From: an uncultured virus (IMG/VR IMGVR_UViG_3300047094_001104)
Taxonomy: Duplodnaviria > Heunggongvirae > Uroviricota > Caudoviricetes
IMG/VR virus record: IMGVR_UViG_3300047094_001104
Strand: one strand, 5' to 3'
DNA length: 64,000 nt
In this document: positions 37,261-47,614 of the stretch, one piece after another
Layout of the letters: each line of letters begins with the position of its first letter
Position numbering within the stretch: the stretch's first letter is position 1
Made by a program: the position numbers and the translations under genes
Notes under the pieces: model-generated
Databases searched by the model: none
What the model was told of the DNA's origin: nothing
The model's input: the letters and a program-made list of their open reading frames with translations, nothing else

Positions 37261-37730
37261 TAGTGTCTACTCCAATAAGATCCATAGGGGGACAAGATAG
37301 CTTCACCAACATTATTATTGGTCGTAGCAAAGTTCAATTTGGTTCGTTCGTATCTCTCACACATATCGGCATAGAGACTCTTAAAGTTGGTGGCCACACC
37401 ACCCATATCAATACTGGATGGGCCATCACTGACTCGAACAGCCGATAGGCTGTGGGTCTTATATTCTGCCCCAATTATGATGCAGGCTGCTTTCAGAGAG
37501 ATAAGGTTTATGAAGCCATCATCTTTACTGGATGGCTCTGTTGGGTCGGGAGAGATGGAACACCGCTCTACATTAATTGTGTAGACTTGTTCAAAATCAA
37601 TTTCAGTAGAAACGAGCTGAGCGGCAACGAGTATGGTCTGCTCAATTCTTTCGTCCGGGTAGGATGGGTCAGATATATCAGTATCATTAACTAGATATCT
37701 GACAATCGTGCCTATTTCAGTATTCCACAT
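37260..37730 (-). CDS. Putative head-tail adaptor
   Basis: IVRYLVND....YPDERI..VSDGPSSID pattern; GGGAGG SD before ATG 37730. Confidence 0.65.
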   Translation of the reverse strand: MWNTEIGTIVRYLVNDTDISDPSYPDERIEQTILVAAQLVSTEIDFEQVYTINVERCSISPDPTEPSSKDDGFINLISLKAACIIIGAEYKTHSLSAVRVSDGPSSIDMGGVATNFKSLYADMCERYERTKLNFATTNNNVGEAILSPYGSYWSRH

Positions 37731-37793
37731 GATGCCTCCCCTGTGGGCGATCGCCCACATCCGAAACGAGTGGATGGCGAATTAGCCAGACAC

Positions 37794-38096
37794 TCACACA
37801 TTACAGTGAGCTTTAAAGGTCGCCCAACTAGTATAGAAAACACCACCAAGAGTTATTCTGGCTTGGAATTTATAGAGACCAACTATATCGGTATCTCCTT
37901 CTACTGTAGTATACGTTAGTATACCATCAGTTCCATCTGTATAAAAATCGGCAGCTACCGTCAGGAGCGTCCCATCAGGTTTTCTGATCAGGAAGTCCGT
38001 GCCGGTAGCTGTCGAGATGTCTACAACTACATCATCATCTTTTACCGTTATCCGGAGTTCGGTCCCATAATCTAGGGCATGTATTTCGCTTGACAT
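37794..38096 (-). CDS. BppU-N-like Ig-fold virion protein
   Basis: DYGTELRITV..VDIS..RKPDG..DGILTY..GD...G.Y.FQ..FK pattern. Confidence 0.6.
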   Translation of the reverse strand: MSSEIHALDYGTELRITVKDDDVVVDISTATGTDFLIRKPDGTLLTVAADFYTDGTDGILTYTTVEGDTDIVGLYKFQARITLGGVFYTSWATFKAHCNV

Positions 38097-38221
38097 TAGT
38101 AGGCAATCTGTAAAGTGAAAGTCATAACCCTATTTAGGGACAAAATAACTGTAAACATTTCCCCATTTTGAGAAAGTGTTGCAGATCCAGATATCGGCAG
38201 AGATGAGATGGGCGAATCCAC
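38096..38221 (-). CDS. Small protein (41 aa) not in the ORF track
   Basis: GTG start overlapping the upstream TAG; MDSPISSLPISGSATLSQNGEMFTVILSLNRVMTFTLQIAY; stop overlaps the next ATG (TAATG). Confidence 0.6.
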   Translation of the reverse strand: MDSPISSLPISGSATLSQNGEMFTVILSLNRVMTFTLQIAY

Positions 38222-38376
38222 TATCCTTCATCCTCCACCATTTTGGTCAATTTAAGTGACAACTCATGGGCAGTTGCCATAATAGAACCGGCTTTATCTA
38301 GGGGATTCTGTGAAGCCAAGGCTCTCGCTCCGGCGTCGATTAGTACTACTACGTTCTGAATTTCTTCTTTTGTCAT
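38221..38376 (-). CDS. Small protein (51 aa) not in the ORF track
   Basis: AAGGA SD plus ATG; MTKEEIQNVVVLIDAGARALASQNPLDKAGSIMATAHELSLKLTKMVEDEG; promoter motif upstream. Confidence 0.65.
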   Translation of the reverse strand: MTKEEIQNVVVLIDAGARALASQNPLDKAGSIMATAHELSLKLTKMVEDEG

Positions 38377-38454
38377 AACATTTTCCTTTTATTCAATAGT
38401 AAATACGCATACACCATTGCTAGTATATCTAAGCTAGCAAAAATTGTTGAGGGA

Positions 38455-38874
38455 TTATGGGGCGTCTACTGGCACAGCCCACACATCTGCCAATTTTGTC
38501 AAGGTAATACCGGCCCCAACTGTATATTCGAATGCCGCAGACTTATAACGATCTTCTAGAACTCCGGGATAAGCTGCGTCAATAAATTGGACCAGACCAC
38601 CAGCGGCTGTCATGATTGCTATCGCCGTAGCCCCTAAAGTAGTGACAATAGACTGCATTTCTTCAACCGTATAGCGACTTCCGCCACCAGTGAAAGTAGT
38701 GACTTGTACGCCATCTACTTCATTTGTAGCGTCTGACCCAGAAACTCCCCAGAAATCTTCATAAGAAGACTTAAACTGCTGAAGAATACTTTCTTCGAGC
38801 TGATTGGAGCGTAGCACCTTGTTGGTGGCATGCTCTACGGCGTTGAATGTTGATGTTGGTACTTCGAATGGCAT
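38455..38874 (-). CDS. Hypothetical protein (possible fibre chaperone)
   Basis: AGGAG SD; ends the fibre cluster. Confidence 0.6.
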   Translation of the reverse strand: MPFEVPTSTFNAVEHATNKVLRSNQLEESILQQFKSSYEDFWGVSGSDATNEVDGVQVTTFTGGGSRYTVEEMQSIVTTLGATAIAIMTAAGGLVQFIDAAYPGVLEDRYKSAAFEYTVGAGITLTKLADVWAVPVDAP

Positions 38875-38883
38875 GATTAACTC

Positions 38884-39393
38884 CTAAATGACCCAAGTAA
38901 AAAGAAAATGACCACTTGTTGAACTTCCGGGGGCGGCACCGCCCCCAGTTGTGTACGTTATTCTGATAGTTGCCCCAGTCACATTTACTGTATTCCCATT
39001 AGATCCTCCTACTACCCAAATAGCCACACCAAACCCAGATGCTTCAACGTCGGCTTCGGTCCATCCGGTCCCCCATGAATCTGAGCTATCGCCAAATGCG
39101 GTTGTCGCTAAAGGAAAAACTGATTTTGAGGTTCCCACGACATTATTTGATTTCATGATTTGAACGTAAAGAGTATCGCTCCCGCTACTTGAGCAAGTAA
39201 TTGTGGCCTCTATTCCTGATATGGTTGCCCCTGTAGGTATATCGAATCCATATCCGGTCATCTCTAAGTAGTTTGACGTAGTCTTATCGACTGGGCAAAT
39301 ACAGTTTGTTACTGATGTTATAGTCCAAGCCGTCGTTCCAATGCCCGCATCATTGGTTGCAGTAGTTGGGGAAGTGAAAGATGTACTAGGCAT
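38884..39393 (-). CDS. S/T/G-rich virion structural protein (jelly-roll-like)
   Basis: GYGFDIPTGATISGIE..FG.SSD.WG..W......SGFGV motif common in phage virion proteins. Confidence 0.65.
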   Translation of the reverse strand: MPSTSFTSPTTATNDAGIGTTAWTITSVTNCICPVDKTTSNYLEMTGYGFDIPTGATISGIEATITCSSSGSDTLYVQIMKSNNVVGTSKSVFPLATTAFGDSSDSWGTGWTEADVEASGFGVAIWVVGGSNGNTVNVTGATIRITYTTGGGAAPGSSTSGHFLFTWVI

Positions 39394-39736
39394 AACTCTC
39401 CACTATCCTAATCAATTCTGCATATGTCTCTGGGTATGGCCTATCGAAACATCTAGCCACTTTACCAATTATATCATAAACTGGGCAAGAAAATGATAAA
39501 TCTATTAACCACTGTTGATTCATTAGGCCGATAAAATCTGCCCGAATCTTTGCCAATTTGTCTTCAGAAAGAAGTTCTGGACGTAGTAATAGCCACAATT
39601 TGTACTCATCTTCTAGGGCTAACGCCAATATATCTGGTACGGTAAGGAATTCCCTCCCAGCAAAACATGTGTCTACTAACTGCTGAGTAGCAGCGACACA
39701 CGGCGAAAATTTGAAAATATCTTCTTTACTGACCAT
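39386..39736 (-). CDS. Hypothetical protein
   Basis: 116-aa coupled ORF. Confidence 0.6.
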   Translation of the reverse strand: MVSKEDIFKFSPCVAATQQLVDTCFAGREFLTVPDILALALEDEYKLWLLLRPELLSEDKLAKIRADFIGLMNQQWLIDLSFSCPVYDIIGKVARCFDRPYPETYAELIRIVESYA

Positions 39737-42540
39737 TATGCTGCCTTATCTGTACTCATAAGATACATAACTGATCCATCATATCTCCAAGAGACAATTC
39801 TTATGTCGCTAGCTGCGTCAGCCGCCCAGTCTGGTTCAGTCCCCATCCACTTTATGGTTCCAGCGGAAACTGCCCAAGTGATATCGCGAACAGTAGAAGC
39901 ATGTTGCTTCACAATAATCGTACCGCTCGAAACATTGCTTGGCACCGTTAGGGTGGCTGTGACCGCCCCTGTAGCACTTGTCAACGTAAGAGTTTGATGG
40001 TTTCCGTTGTTCAGGGTTATGGTTTGAGTCGTGCCGGAAGGCGTACTGGTTATTTCAGCCGCACTTTGGGCGACCAGCTTAGAGAAGGTGGCCACTTGAT
40101 TCTGGTCAATGGTCAGGGCGACTGTATTAGTGGTCGTACCATTTGGGGTAGTTCCAAAGACAATCTTAGAGCCTTGTGCCCCCGAGGTGAATGCCTCAGT
40201 CGCATAGAAGGAGATAGAAGCCCCCTGTGTTGAGTGATAAGCAGATCCAGTATGATAGCCATAAGTTGCTACGAATCCCAGCAAGCTATTAAGGGCAACT
40301 CCAGTAGGGGAACCTTGCGTGCCTTCAGATCTTCTATATCTAATACCGGAGTGAGTACCGTAACTGTCTAAATAGATGTTAGTCTGTTGGCACAGTAGAC
40401 CTGTACCACCGGATGGGATGACTAGGGTGCCTAGGTTGAATGTGGGAGTTCCGGAACTTGTGAAGGTGAGCCAAGGGGTAATAGTGGTAGTGCCAGCAGA
40501 GTAGCCGCCGATCGTTAGTCCTCTAAGAGTGCCTCCGGCACTCCCGTTCTCTGGGCCGATTTCGAAGTTGGCTGAGGCTTTGCCCCGGACGTTTACACGT
40601 TCGTAGGATGAAGTTGATGTCCATGTGCCGTAGATGCCTAGTGATTGGACGTTAGTGCCGTTTCGTGTCGCCCACATACCGGCAGCGTCTCGCACCCACA
40701 AAACGTCGGCACTGTTAGAGTCAACAGATCCTCCAGCCACTCCATACGAACCGCTGTTTATGCACAGGTTACCTGAGTTGAAATCGTATTGCACATTCCC
40801 ATTTAAGCCAAGAAAAACCCTAGATGAAGTTGATCTAAAGAACCCTGAGTTGTCTGAGCCAAATCCGTAGGATGGAGCATACACAGACGAGCCAACCGCT
40901 CGGACGTTCCCAGCGAAATAACTATTCCCGCTCTCAACATTCAACGCATAAGCATTCGTGATAGTCGCATTAGTGCCTGCGACTGGAGGTCCACTGATAG
41001 ACAGCGTACTCGCTGTCGTGATCGTGCTTGCACCTACGAAGCTATACGTAGGAGCTTGGATTCGCATCGCCCGTTGAGTAGTAATAGCTCCTGTGGCAAA
41101 TTGGACAGTTCTGGCCAAGTTGAAGTTTACGTCTGTGGCTTCGGTGGACAGAGTCAACGTAGTATGGGCTGCACCAGTGACGGTGAAGGCTGTTGGGGAA
41201 CCTGTAGTTGCTACAACTTGGGTTATTGTTTCTGAATTTGAAGTCAGGTTTCTGACTAACAAGTCTCTGTATGCTCCGGGAGTTCCAGAGTTAATTTCCA
41301 TCACGCCAGATGATGGAGACGCTAACATCACATGATGAGACGGTGATGTGGTGCCCCCAATCGCGTATCCACTTGAATTTGGCACGCAGCAGCGAGTTTG
41401 GACAGCATCAAAGAAAAACGATGAGGCTGCTGAAAATCCGACGTTACCGTTTGAGCCATAAATACCTCCGGGAGTCCCGCTTCCATAATTCATTCGAATG
41501 GCGACATTACTTCTCGAATAGGTTGTACTACTCAAGTCGATGTAGCCAGCCGCTGCAAAAGATAGCGGAGCAGAAGCGGATAAAGTCCCACTCGTCGCGA
41601 TACTCAGCGCACTAGTGAACGTCCCAGCAGAACTGTAGTGCCCAATTTCTATCGCTCTATTACTTCCACCTGCACTCCCAATAGCAGAACCGATTTGATA
41701 GGCTGCTCCGGCGTTGGCTTTGATTCTGAACGTCTCAAGACTCGTTGCTGAAGTGTAAGTGTTGTATAGGTTGAGTGTCTGGGCGTTTGTGCTGCTCCGC
41801 ACATTCAGTATATTAGAAGAAGGAACAATAGCACCATTCAGTGAAACTCCCGGAATGTATAAAATTCCAACCCCATCAGCAGTGTCACCTCCCCGAACTA
41901 ACGAACCCCCAATCGACACCCATTGCCACGCGGGTATGTTTAATACCCCTCCGGTTGCGGCTCCGATTGAGATGCTTGTCGCTACAGTCAGATTCCGACT
42001 AAAGAATCCATCGCGTGGTCTAGTCGCTCCGCTCTTGCCAATGTCATAAGTGGCATCGGTAAACAGCAGATCGCCAGCAAGGGTCTTAGTACCAGCAAAT
42101 GTCTGAGTACCAGTAGTAACTAGACCTCTTGCAGTAGCTGACGCATCTGGGAGGTTGAAGACTGATGTACCGGGAGTTGTTGTCGAATCAATAGCGAAGT
42201 CAGTACCGGCAGTACCTACTGTGAGTAGTTGAGCAGCAGTCGTATCGCCGTTGATAGAAGTGATGCCGCCTCCACCGCTGACAGTCTGCCAAGTTACCGT
42301 GCCGCTCCCATTGGTCTGTAAGACCTGCGAAGAAGTCCCGTCTGTGGTGGGTAATGTGTAAGCCCCAATAGGAAGCCCACTGTCAGAAATTGCTACGTAC
42401 CTCTTTTCAGAGCCACCATTTGCTATAGAGGCTAAAACTCCGCTATTAGCATAGACTTTTAGATAGCCAGAATCTGGGACTGTAGGTGTAGCTACCTCAG
42501 AGAAGATTGCTGGTTGTGAATAATTAGGGACTGTCGCCAT
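39736..42540 (-). CDS. Modular fibre/spike protein 3 (934 aa)
   Basis: S/T/G/A-rich; YTLPTTDGTSSQVLQTNGSG shaft motif; shares modules with the two upstream fibres. Confidence 0.75.
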   Translation of the reverse strand: MATVPNYSQPAIFSEVATPTVPDSGYLKVYANSGVLASIANGGSEKRYVAISDSGLPIGAYTLPTTDGTSSQVLQTNGSGTVTWQTVSGGGGITSINGDTTAAQLLTVGTAGTDFAIDSTTTPGTSVFNLPDASATARGLVTTGTQTFAGTKTLAGDLLFTDATYDIGKSGATRPRDGFFSRNLTVATSISIGAATGGVLNIPAWQWVSIGGSLVRGGDTADGVGILYIPGVSLNGAIVPSSNILNVRSSTNAQTLNLYNTYTSATSLETFRIKANAGAAYQIGSAIGSAGGSNRAIEIGHYSSAGTFTSALSIATSGTLSASAPLSFAAAGYIDLSSTTYSRSNVAIRMNYGSGTPGGIYGSNGNVGFSAASSFFFDAVQTRCCVPNSSGYAIGGTTSPSHHVMLASPSSGVMEINSGTPGAYRDLLVRNLTSNSETITQVVATTGSPTAFTVTGAAHTTLTLSTEATDVNFNLARTVQFATGAITTQRAMRIQAPTYSFVGASTITTASTLSISGPPVAGTNATITNAYALNVESGNSYFAGNVRAVGSSVYAPSYGFGSDNSGFFRSTSSRVFLGLNGNVQYDFNSGNLCINSGSYGVAGGSVDSNSADVLWVRDAAGMWATRNGTNVQSLGIYGTWTSTSSYERVNVRGKASANFEIGPENGSAGGTLRGLTIGGYSAGTTTITPWLTFTSSGTPTFNLGTLVIPSGGTGLLCQQTNIYLDSYGTHSGIRYRRSEGTQGSPTGVALNSLLGFVATYGYHTGSAYHSTQGASISFYATEAFTSGAQGSKIVFGTTPNGTTTNTVALTIDQNQVATFSKLVAQSAAEITSTPSGTTQTITLNNGNHQTLTLTSATGAVTATLTVPSNVSSGTIIVKQHASTVRDITWAVSAGTIKWMGTEPDWAADAASDIRIVSWRYDGSVMYLMSTDKAA

Positions 42541-42561
42541 TATCGTGCTCCGCTTGTTCTA

Positions 42562-45135
42562 TTAGGTGCCATACGCTATTTCCAATCCTTCTACCACAGC
42601 AACCCACCTCCACGTCTCACCAGCGATACCAGTGACACTAATATCTAGAGCGTCATTGGTATTGTCCGCAGTAATGACTACGTCCGTCAATACGTCATCT
42701 TCAATGTCTGTGCCTATGGCTTCAACAGTACCAACCAAAGATGTTGTTCCGCCCACATTTTTGATAGCTACTTTCCGCTTATAGCAGGCTGCGGCTGAGC
42801 CGTCTGATTTTATACCACTGACAAGAATATCGCAGAACATGATCTTTCCGCTTGGGATCGTGAATCTTTTTGCAGACCCATCCAGCATTAGTGTTGATGG
42901 CGTGGCGTCTGTTGTTTTTATCCTTGCACGCAATCGCACAGTTTGAGCGTCACCAGCCGCAGCAAACATTCCGCTCGCAGTTGACTCTTGGCAGTAACGA
43001 GTAGTAGACGCTCCGACTCCTCCGGGAATGATACCAATCTCAGTTGTGACTGTATTTTCTCGCCCTCCACCTATCACTGAGTACGGAGATCCACTGAGCG
43101 TGTTTAGGTATCCTCCAGCTATCACGGAATAATAACCAAAACCTGTGATTGAGTTTTGATACCCTCCTCCGATAACGCTTACGGAAGAAAACACTTCAAT
43201 AGTATTTCTCTCTCCACCACCAATCACGGACCTTTGTGCCACACACACTTGCGAAGCTGAAGTCCTGACTGTTTGCAAATCAACCGAGTTAGTCCCTCTC
43301 GCATTTCCGCCAGTCACCGTACTGTCAGCGATAGGTCCAAGATAGAACGCCTCTAGTACCCCCGTCGAAGTATTAGGTCGGAATTGTGCCCATCCAACAA
43401 TTGTAGACGCACCGGCTGGGTATCCCCCAATCGTTAGGCCCCTCAGAGTGCCTCCAGCACTCCCACTTTCTGGGCCGATTTCGAAGTTAGCAGAAGCTTT
43501 TCCTTTTATGTTAATGAGTTCATAAGCGGAGGATGATGTCCACGTTCCATTGACACTAAAAGTTTGGGCGTTGGTTCCAGCTCTTATTGTAAGCGAGTTC
43601 GATACTGGCCTAATTTGAGATATTGAATCAATCCCACAATTACCAAAAGATACCGAAGCAACTCCATCGTACGTATTTCCTGCAGTAATCAACTGCACGT
43701 TATTCCAGCTAATCCATTGAAAGGAAGCAAGATTTATTGCGGAATTCGTATAATTAGTACCGATGCTAATTCCATTGTTTGCTCGTATGTGACCACTTTC
43801 AACATTCAGTGCCCACTTATTCGTGATACTCGCATTTGTTCCAGCAATCGGAGGCCCACTAATAGAAAGCGTAGATGCTGTCGTGATCGTACTCGCACCT
43901 ACGAACGAATAGGTAGGTGCCTGAATCCGCATTGCTCGCTGAGTCGTTAGTGCTCCTGTCGCGAACTGCTTTGTAGACGATAGATTAAAGTTGACAGATG
44001 TTGCCTCAGTTGAAGCAGTCATCGTAGTGTGGGCAGCATCTGTAAGTACAAACGCCGATGGCGAACCTGACGTACTCAACCACGGTGTAACCAACATACA
44101 GGCGTTTTCATCCCAGCGACAAACTTCGGAATAAGATCCTCCTGATGCCGATCGTAGTACGATTGATATTCGGCCATAAGTGTTGCCACCACCGCTCGTC
44201 ATAGTTCCATAAATGCCGCCGAATCCCCAGCCTTCGTACCCCGAGAACTGCAATCCGATAGGTCGGTTCACCGTGTTGGTCGAATTTGTGATCGTGATAC
44301 CTTGAGGAGCAATACTTCCTGAACCAAACGACGTAGACGTGCTTGTTGTGTTTACCTGAAAAATATCTCTCAGATACCCAGCAGTCCCGTGACTTATTCC
44401 GACGTTGCCAGCAGCAGTGATATGAATTCTTGAAGTGAATGCTCCGGCTGAATTTGTGTGCCCAATTTCTATTGGTCGTGTCGTACCCCCAGCACTCCCA
44501 ATAGCACTACCTATTTGATAGGCCGCTCCAGCCACAGACCTAAATCTAAGATTTTCAAAGCTTGTAGTAGAAGTCCAAGTGTTATATAACTCAAATGTTT
44601 GGGCGGTTGCTGGAGTTGTCGGATTATAAATGCCAACGGTGCCAGACCCAACGCGAAACAAGGCGGTGTCAGCATCTGCTAAGGTAGTACCACTAGAAGT
44701 AGATGAAAATCCATAGAATCCATCTGACCTAATATGATATTTACACGCATATCCCAATTTTGTACCAGCCGCTGTTCCATTCCCGAAATAGGCTATGTGT
44801 GATCCAGCTTGACTCAATTCAAAACACTGATTACTAGCGTACCCTAATCTAATAGCTGGGTTAGAAACTGACTGTGATGGAGATCCAACCATCAAGGCGG
44901 AAGGCATAAATACCTGTCCACCCTGCTTAGGCATAATCAGAATTGGATAGCCACCAAAAGTATTGGGCGTTATATGACTACGTGGAGGGGTAATAACCAT
45001 AGCATTTTTCAGATACTGTGGCCAGCTCGCTCCTGCGATAGGGTTAGGATTATCATCGTACGAAGGACTAATAGTCTTTCTCAGTACGCTATTTAAGGGA
45101 GAACTCATTCCCCCGTTAGACATACCACTTTGCAT
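42562..45135 (-). CDS. Modular fibre/spike protein 2 (857 aa)
   Basis: S/T/G-rich; SVIGGG..N beta-helix repeats near the C-terminus; shared modules. Confidence 0.75.
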   Translation of the reverse strand: MQSGMSNGGMSSPLNSVLRKTISPSYDDNPNPIAGASWPQYLKNAMVITPPRSHITPNTFGGYPILIMPKQGGQVFMPSALMVGSPSQSVSNPAIRLGYASNQCFELSQAGSHIAYFGNGTAAGTKLGYACKYHIRSDGFYGFSSTSSGTTLADADTALFRVGSGTVGIYNPTTPATAQTFELYNTWTSTTSFENLRFRSVAGAAYQIGSAIGSAGGTTRPIEIGHTNSAGAFTSRIHITAAGNVGISHGTAGYLRDIFQVNTTSTSTSFGSGSIAPQGITITNSTNTVNRPIGLQFSGYEGWGFGGIYGTMTSGGGNTYGRISIVLRSASGGSYSEVCRWDENACMLVTPWLSTSGSPSAFVLTDAAHTTMTASTEATSVNFNLSSTKQFATGALTTQRAMRIQAPTYSFVGASTITTASTLSISGPPIAGTNASITNKWALNVESGHIRANNGISIGTNYTNSAINLASFQWISWNNVQLITAGNTYDGVASVSFGNCGIDSISQIRPVSNSLTIRAGTNAQTFSVNGTWTSSSAYELINIKGKASANFEIGPESGSAGGTLRGLTIGGYPAGASTIVGWAQFRPNTSTGVLEAFYLGPIADSTVTGGNARGTNSVDLQTVRTSASQVCVAQRSVIGGGERNTIEVFSSVSVIGGGYQNSITGFGYYSVIAGGYLNTLSGSPYSVIGGGRENTVTTEIGIIPGGVGASTTRYCQESTASGMFAAAGDAQTVRLRARIKTTDATPSTLMLDGSAKRFTIPSGKIMFCDILVSGIKSDGSAAACYKRKVAIKNVGGTTSLVGTVEAIGTDIEDDVLTDVVITADNTNDALDISVTGIAGETWRWVAVVEGLEIAYGT

Positions 45136-45593
45136 TAAAAGTCCTCCAACGTTGCTGCAATGTAGACTGTTCTACCTGCTGTAACAGCGGCAGTAGTCAC
45201 ACAGTAGTAGACTCGAGCATTGGCTGCTAAAGGAATAACATACTTGCCGCTTGCATCGGTACACATTCCTAAAAGAATTTGGCTTCCTAAAAAGTCCACA
45301 TTCGCATTTGTTCCATTGGTCCCGCTACTAGCTGCAACAGTAATAGATCCAATTAAATACTTTGTAGTTCCAGCGTCTGTACTTACCCAGAACTGGATCG
45401 TTCTCGAAGATGAGTCGTCTGAAGAAATTACTAAAGACTTCAAAATACTACCGTCAGCACCTGCTGTGCATAGGAGCTTGGTATTAGTTGGTGCGGTTCC
45501 ACCGTTGGCTGCACTGAATGAGTCAGCGTTCAGCAAAGTGCCGAAGGCCGATTGGATGTTTTGAGTTACAGGAATTGTATATGTTTTAGCCAT
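45135..45593 (-). CDS. Small virion structural protein
   Basis: Beta-rich, TAGADGS..; ends EDF; located between fibre genes. Confidence 0.6.
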   Translation of the reverse strand: MAKTYTIPVTQNIQSAFGTLLNADSFSAANGGTAPTNTKLLCTAGADGSILKSLVISSDDSSSRTIQFWVSTDAGTTKYLIGSITVAASSGTNGTNANVDFLGSQILLGMCTDASGKYVIPLAANARVYYCVTTAAVTAGRTVYIAATLEDF

Positions 45594-45596
45594 TAT

Positions 45597-47612
45597 TTAG
45601 CCCCAAATTTGCAATAGTAGAAGAGGAGTAAGACTTGGTGAAGAAATAGTTCCATAAAATGTTGAATTTTTATTAGAATCTATTACAACCGCATCTACTA
45701 ACGTATTTAGTGTAGAACCGCTAGATCCAGCAGGAGAAACTTGTACTTTAACTGACCCTCCATTTGCTGATCCTGTACTTTTTCCACCAGCCAAGGCAAG
45801 TGATGCTCCTGCTGTGTTCGCCCCAGACCCGCCCGTTGCATTGTAAACAATATTGTTGGGCGTTCCGTGTGTGACACCATTACCGATGAACACAGACGTA
45901 ATACCAGCAGCATTTCCACCGATAACGCACTGACCTGCGGCTGTTGTAGTTGAGTTCGTGCCAATCGCTACGGTATTTGAATGTCCCGCAGAAGCAGAAA
46001 ATCCAAATGCTGTTCCAGCAAATGCCGCTGAAGGAGAATTAGTCAACTGCAGATTATAATTATTTGAAACCAGCGAATACGAACCAAGAAAAGTCAAAGA
46101 ACCGTCCGCTGCAGCAGATAATGATGCTGTAAATGTGCCAGCAGCATTCCAGTGACCAAATGTAATCGCTCTATTCGTTCCGCCAGCACTTCCAATAGCA
46201 CTACCGATTTGATAGGCCGCTCCGGTGTTGGCTTTGACTTGCAAAGCACCGAATGAGGTGGATGAAGTCCATGTCTCTGCGAGGCGAAACGTCTGGGCAT
46301 TGGTGCCTCTTTGGAGGTCAAGTATGTCAGCTCCACCTCGCCATAAACACACATCTCTAGTACCGTCTACGCTAGACGTAGATGACCAACAGATAGTAGA
46401 TCCGCTTGTTACAATCAATCCACTATTCAAAGCCGCAACAGCGGCAGCAGCACCATATGCCTTGAATGCAACTCCGAAAGTAGCCGCATACAAGCCGAAA
46501 TCACCTCCACCCCAACTGAGTATAGGCGTTCCCGATGATCCATAGGCTGGGACGTATATCGACGCTCCTACAGTCAAGTTCCTACTAAAGAACCCATCCC
46601 TCGGTCTAGTCGCACCGCTCTTGCCTATGTCATAAGTAGCATCAGTAAATTTTAGATCGCCGGTTAGCGTACCGCCAGTCAAAGGCAGGTAGGTGGCTGT
46701 CGCCACCGAACTAGTCAGATAGCTGGATAAATCCAGCGTATTAGAGAGAGTGCCACTCCCCAATGACAACCCAGTCCCAATCACTACTGGGGTCCAACTA
46801 CCACCAGACCGCTCATAAATGCCAGAGCCGCTGGCTGAAGCCAGTGAGGTTAAGTCTGCATCTAGAGGTTGATAAGTGGCTGACGCCACTGACGCAGTCA
46901 GATATCCACTCGGGTTCGCAGAAGCATACTTAGAGTCTAGCTGCACCTGTAAAGAAGAAGTGACCCCATCTAGGTAGCCAAGCTCTGTGGAGCTAACGCT
47001 CCCACTTCCGAGCTTGGTCGCGTCGATTCCAGTGGCCAACATATCGTTGGTCACTCCGCTATTCTTTACAGAAGCGGATATCGATGGGGTTCCATCGTTG
47101 TAGCTAAAGCTAATGCTTGAAGTATCAGTTAAGATTCCTCCTACTGCATCTTGGGCCTCTTCATCAGAATACGAGCCCGGAACTGGGCCATTCACCCACT
47201 CAGATCCAGTAAAAGATAAGATCTGGCCGCTGGAAGGAGCCGTTAGGCTCACATCATTTAGGGCACTGAGAGCTAAATTCAATTCCCCGGATGGGTCGAG
47301 GTATATGGCTCTAGAAGCTACATAAGATATAAATGCATACGAAACACGATTGGCAAAATTTACAATAGCTCCGCTGTTGGATGAGCTATAAACAGTGGTC
47401 CTAGATAGTGCATTATTGGAAGAATATGTGCCTAGTCCACACTCCCAATCCCCATTTGATGGACATTCTAAGCAATAATAACAAGTATCACCAGAAGACA
47501 TGACCGAAGAAAATCTTCGATAGCCAGAAGTGGTATTCAGTAAAGACAAAATACCAGTACCTGCTGGACTCTGGACTCTTTCTTTTACTCTATCTGCTAT
47601 TATGTGTGACAT
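45597..47612 (-). CDS. Modular fibre/spike protein 1 (671 aa)
   Basis: ADRVKE..GTG..WECGLGTY..LSRTTV.SSN anchor domain, YSDEEAQDAVG and ELGYLDGVTS fibre motifs; shared modules. Confidence 0.75.
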   Translation of the reverse strand: MSHIIADRVKERVQSPAGTGILSLLNTTSGYRRFSSVMSSGDTCYYCLECPSNGDWECGLGTYSSNNALSRTTVYSSSNSGAIVNFANRVSYAFISYVASRAIYLDPSGELNLALSALNDVSLTAPSSGQILSFTGSEWVNGPVPGSYSDEEAQDAVGGILTDTSSISFSYNDGTPSISASVKNSGVTNDMLATGIDATKLGSGSVSSTELGYLDGVTSSLQVQLDSKYASANPSGYLTASVASATYQPLDADLTSLASASGSGIYERSGGSWTPVVIGTGLSLGSGTLSNTLDLSSYLTSSVATATYLPLTGGTLTGDLKFTDATYDIGKSGATRPRDGFFSRNLTVGASIYVPAYGSSGTPILSWGGGDFGLYAATFGVAFKAYGAAAAVAALNSGLIVTSGSTICWSSTSSVDGTRDVCLWRGGADILDLQRGTNAQTFRLAETWTSSTSFGALQVKANTGAAYQIGSAIGSAGGTNRAITFGHWNAAGTFTASLSAAADGSLTFLGSYSLVSNNYNLQLTNSPSAAFAGTAFGFSASAGHSNTVAIGTNSTTTAAGQCVIGGNAAGITSVFIGNGVTHGTPNNIVYNATGGSGANTAGASLALAGGKSTGSANGGSVKVQVSPAGSSGSTLNTLVDAVVIDSNKNSTFYGTISSPSLTPLLLLQIWG

Positions 47613-47614
47613 GC

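Noticed and set aside
37731..37790. tRNA or structured ncRNA in the hairpin-rich spacer (TGTGGGCGATCGCCCACA palindrome)
   Set aside because: Only about 60 nt with no TPsiC or anticodon arm; more simply a leader hairpin beside the SD
39736..47612. Diversity-generating retroelement or invertible shufflon acting on the fibre repeats
   Set aside because: No reverse transcriptase or invertase in the window; the repeats are direct, in-frame and differ at synonymous positions rather than only at adenines
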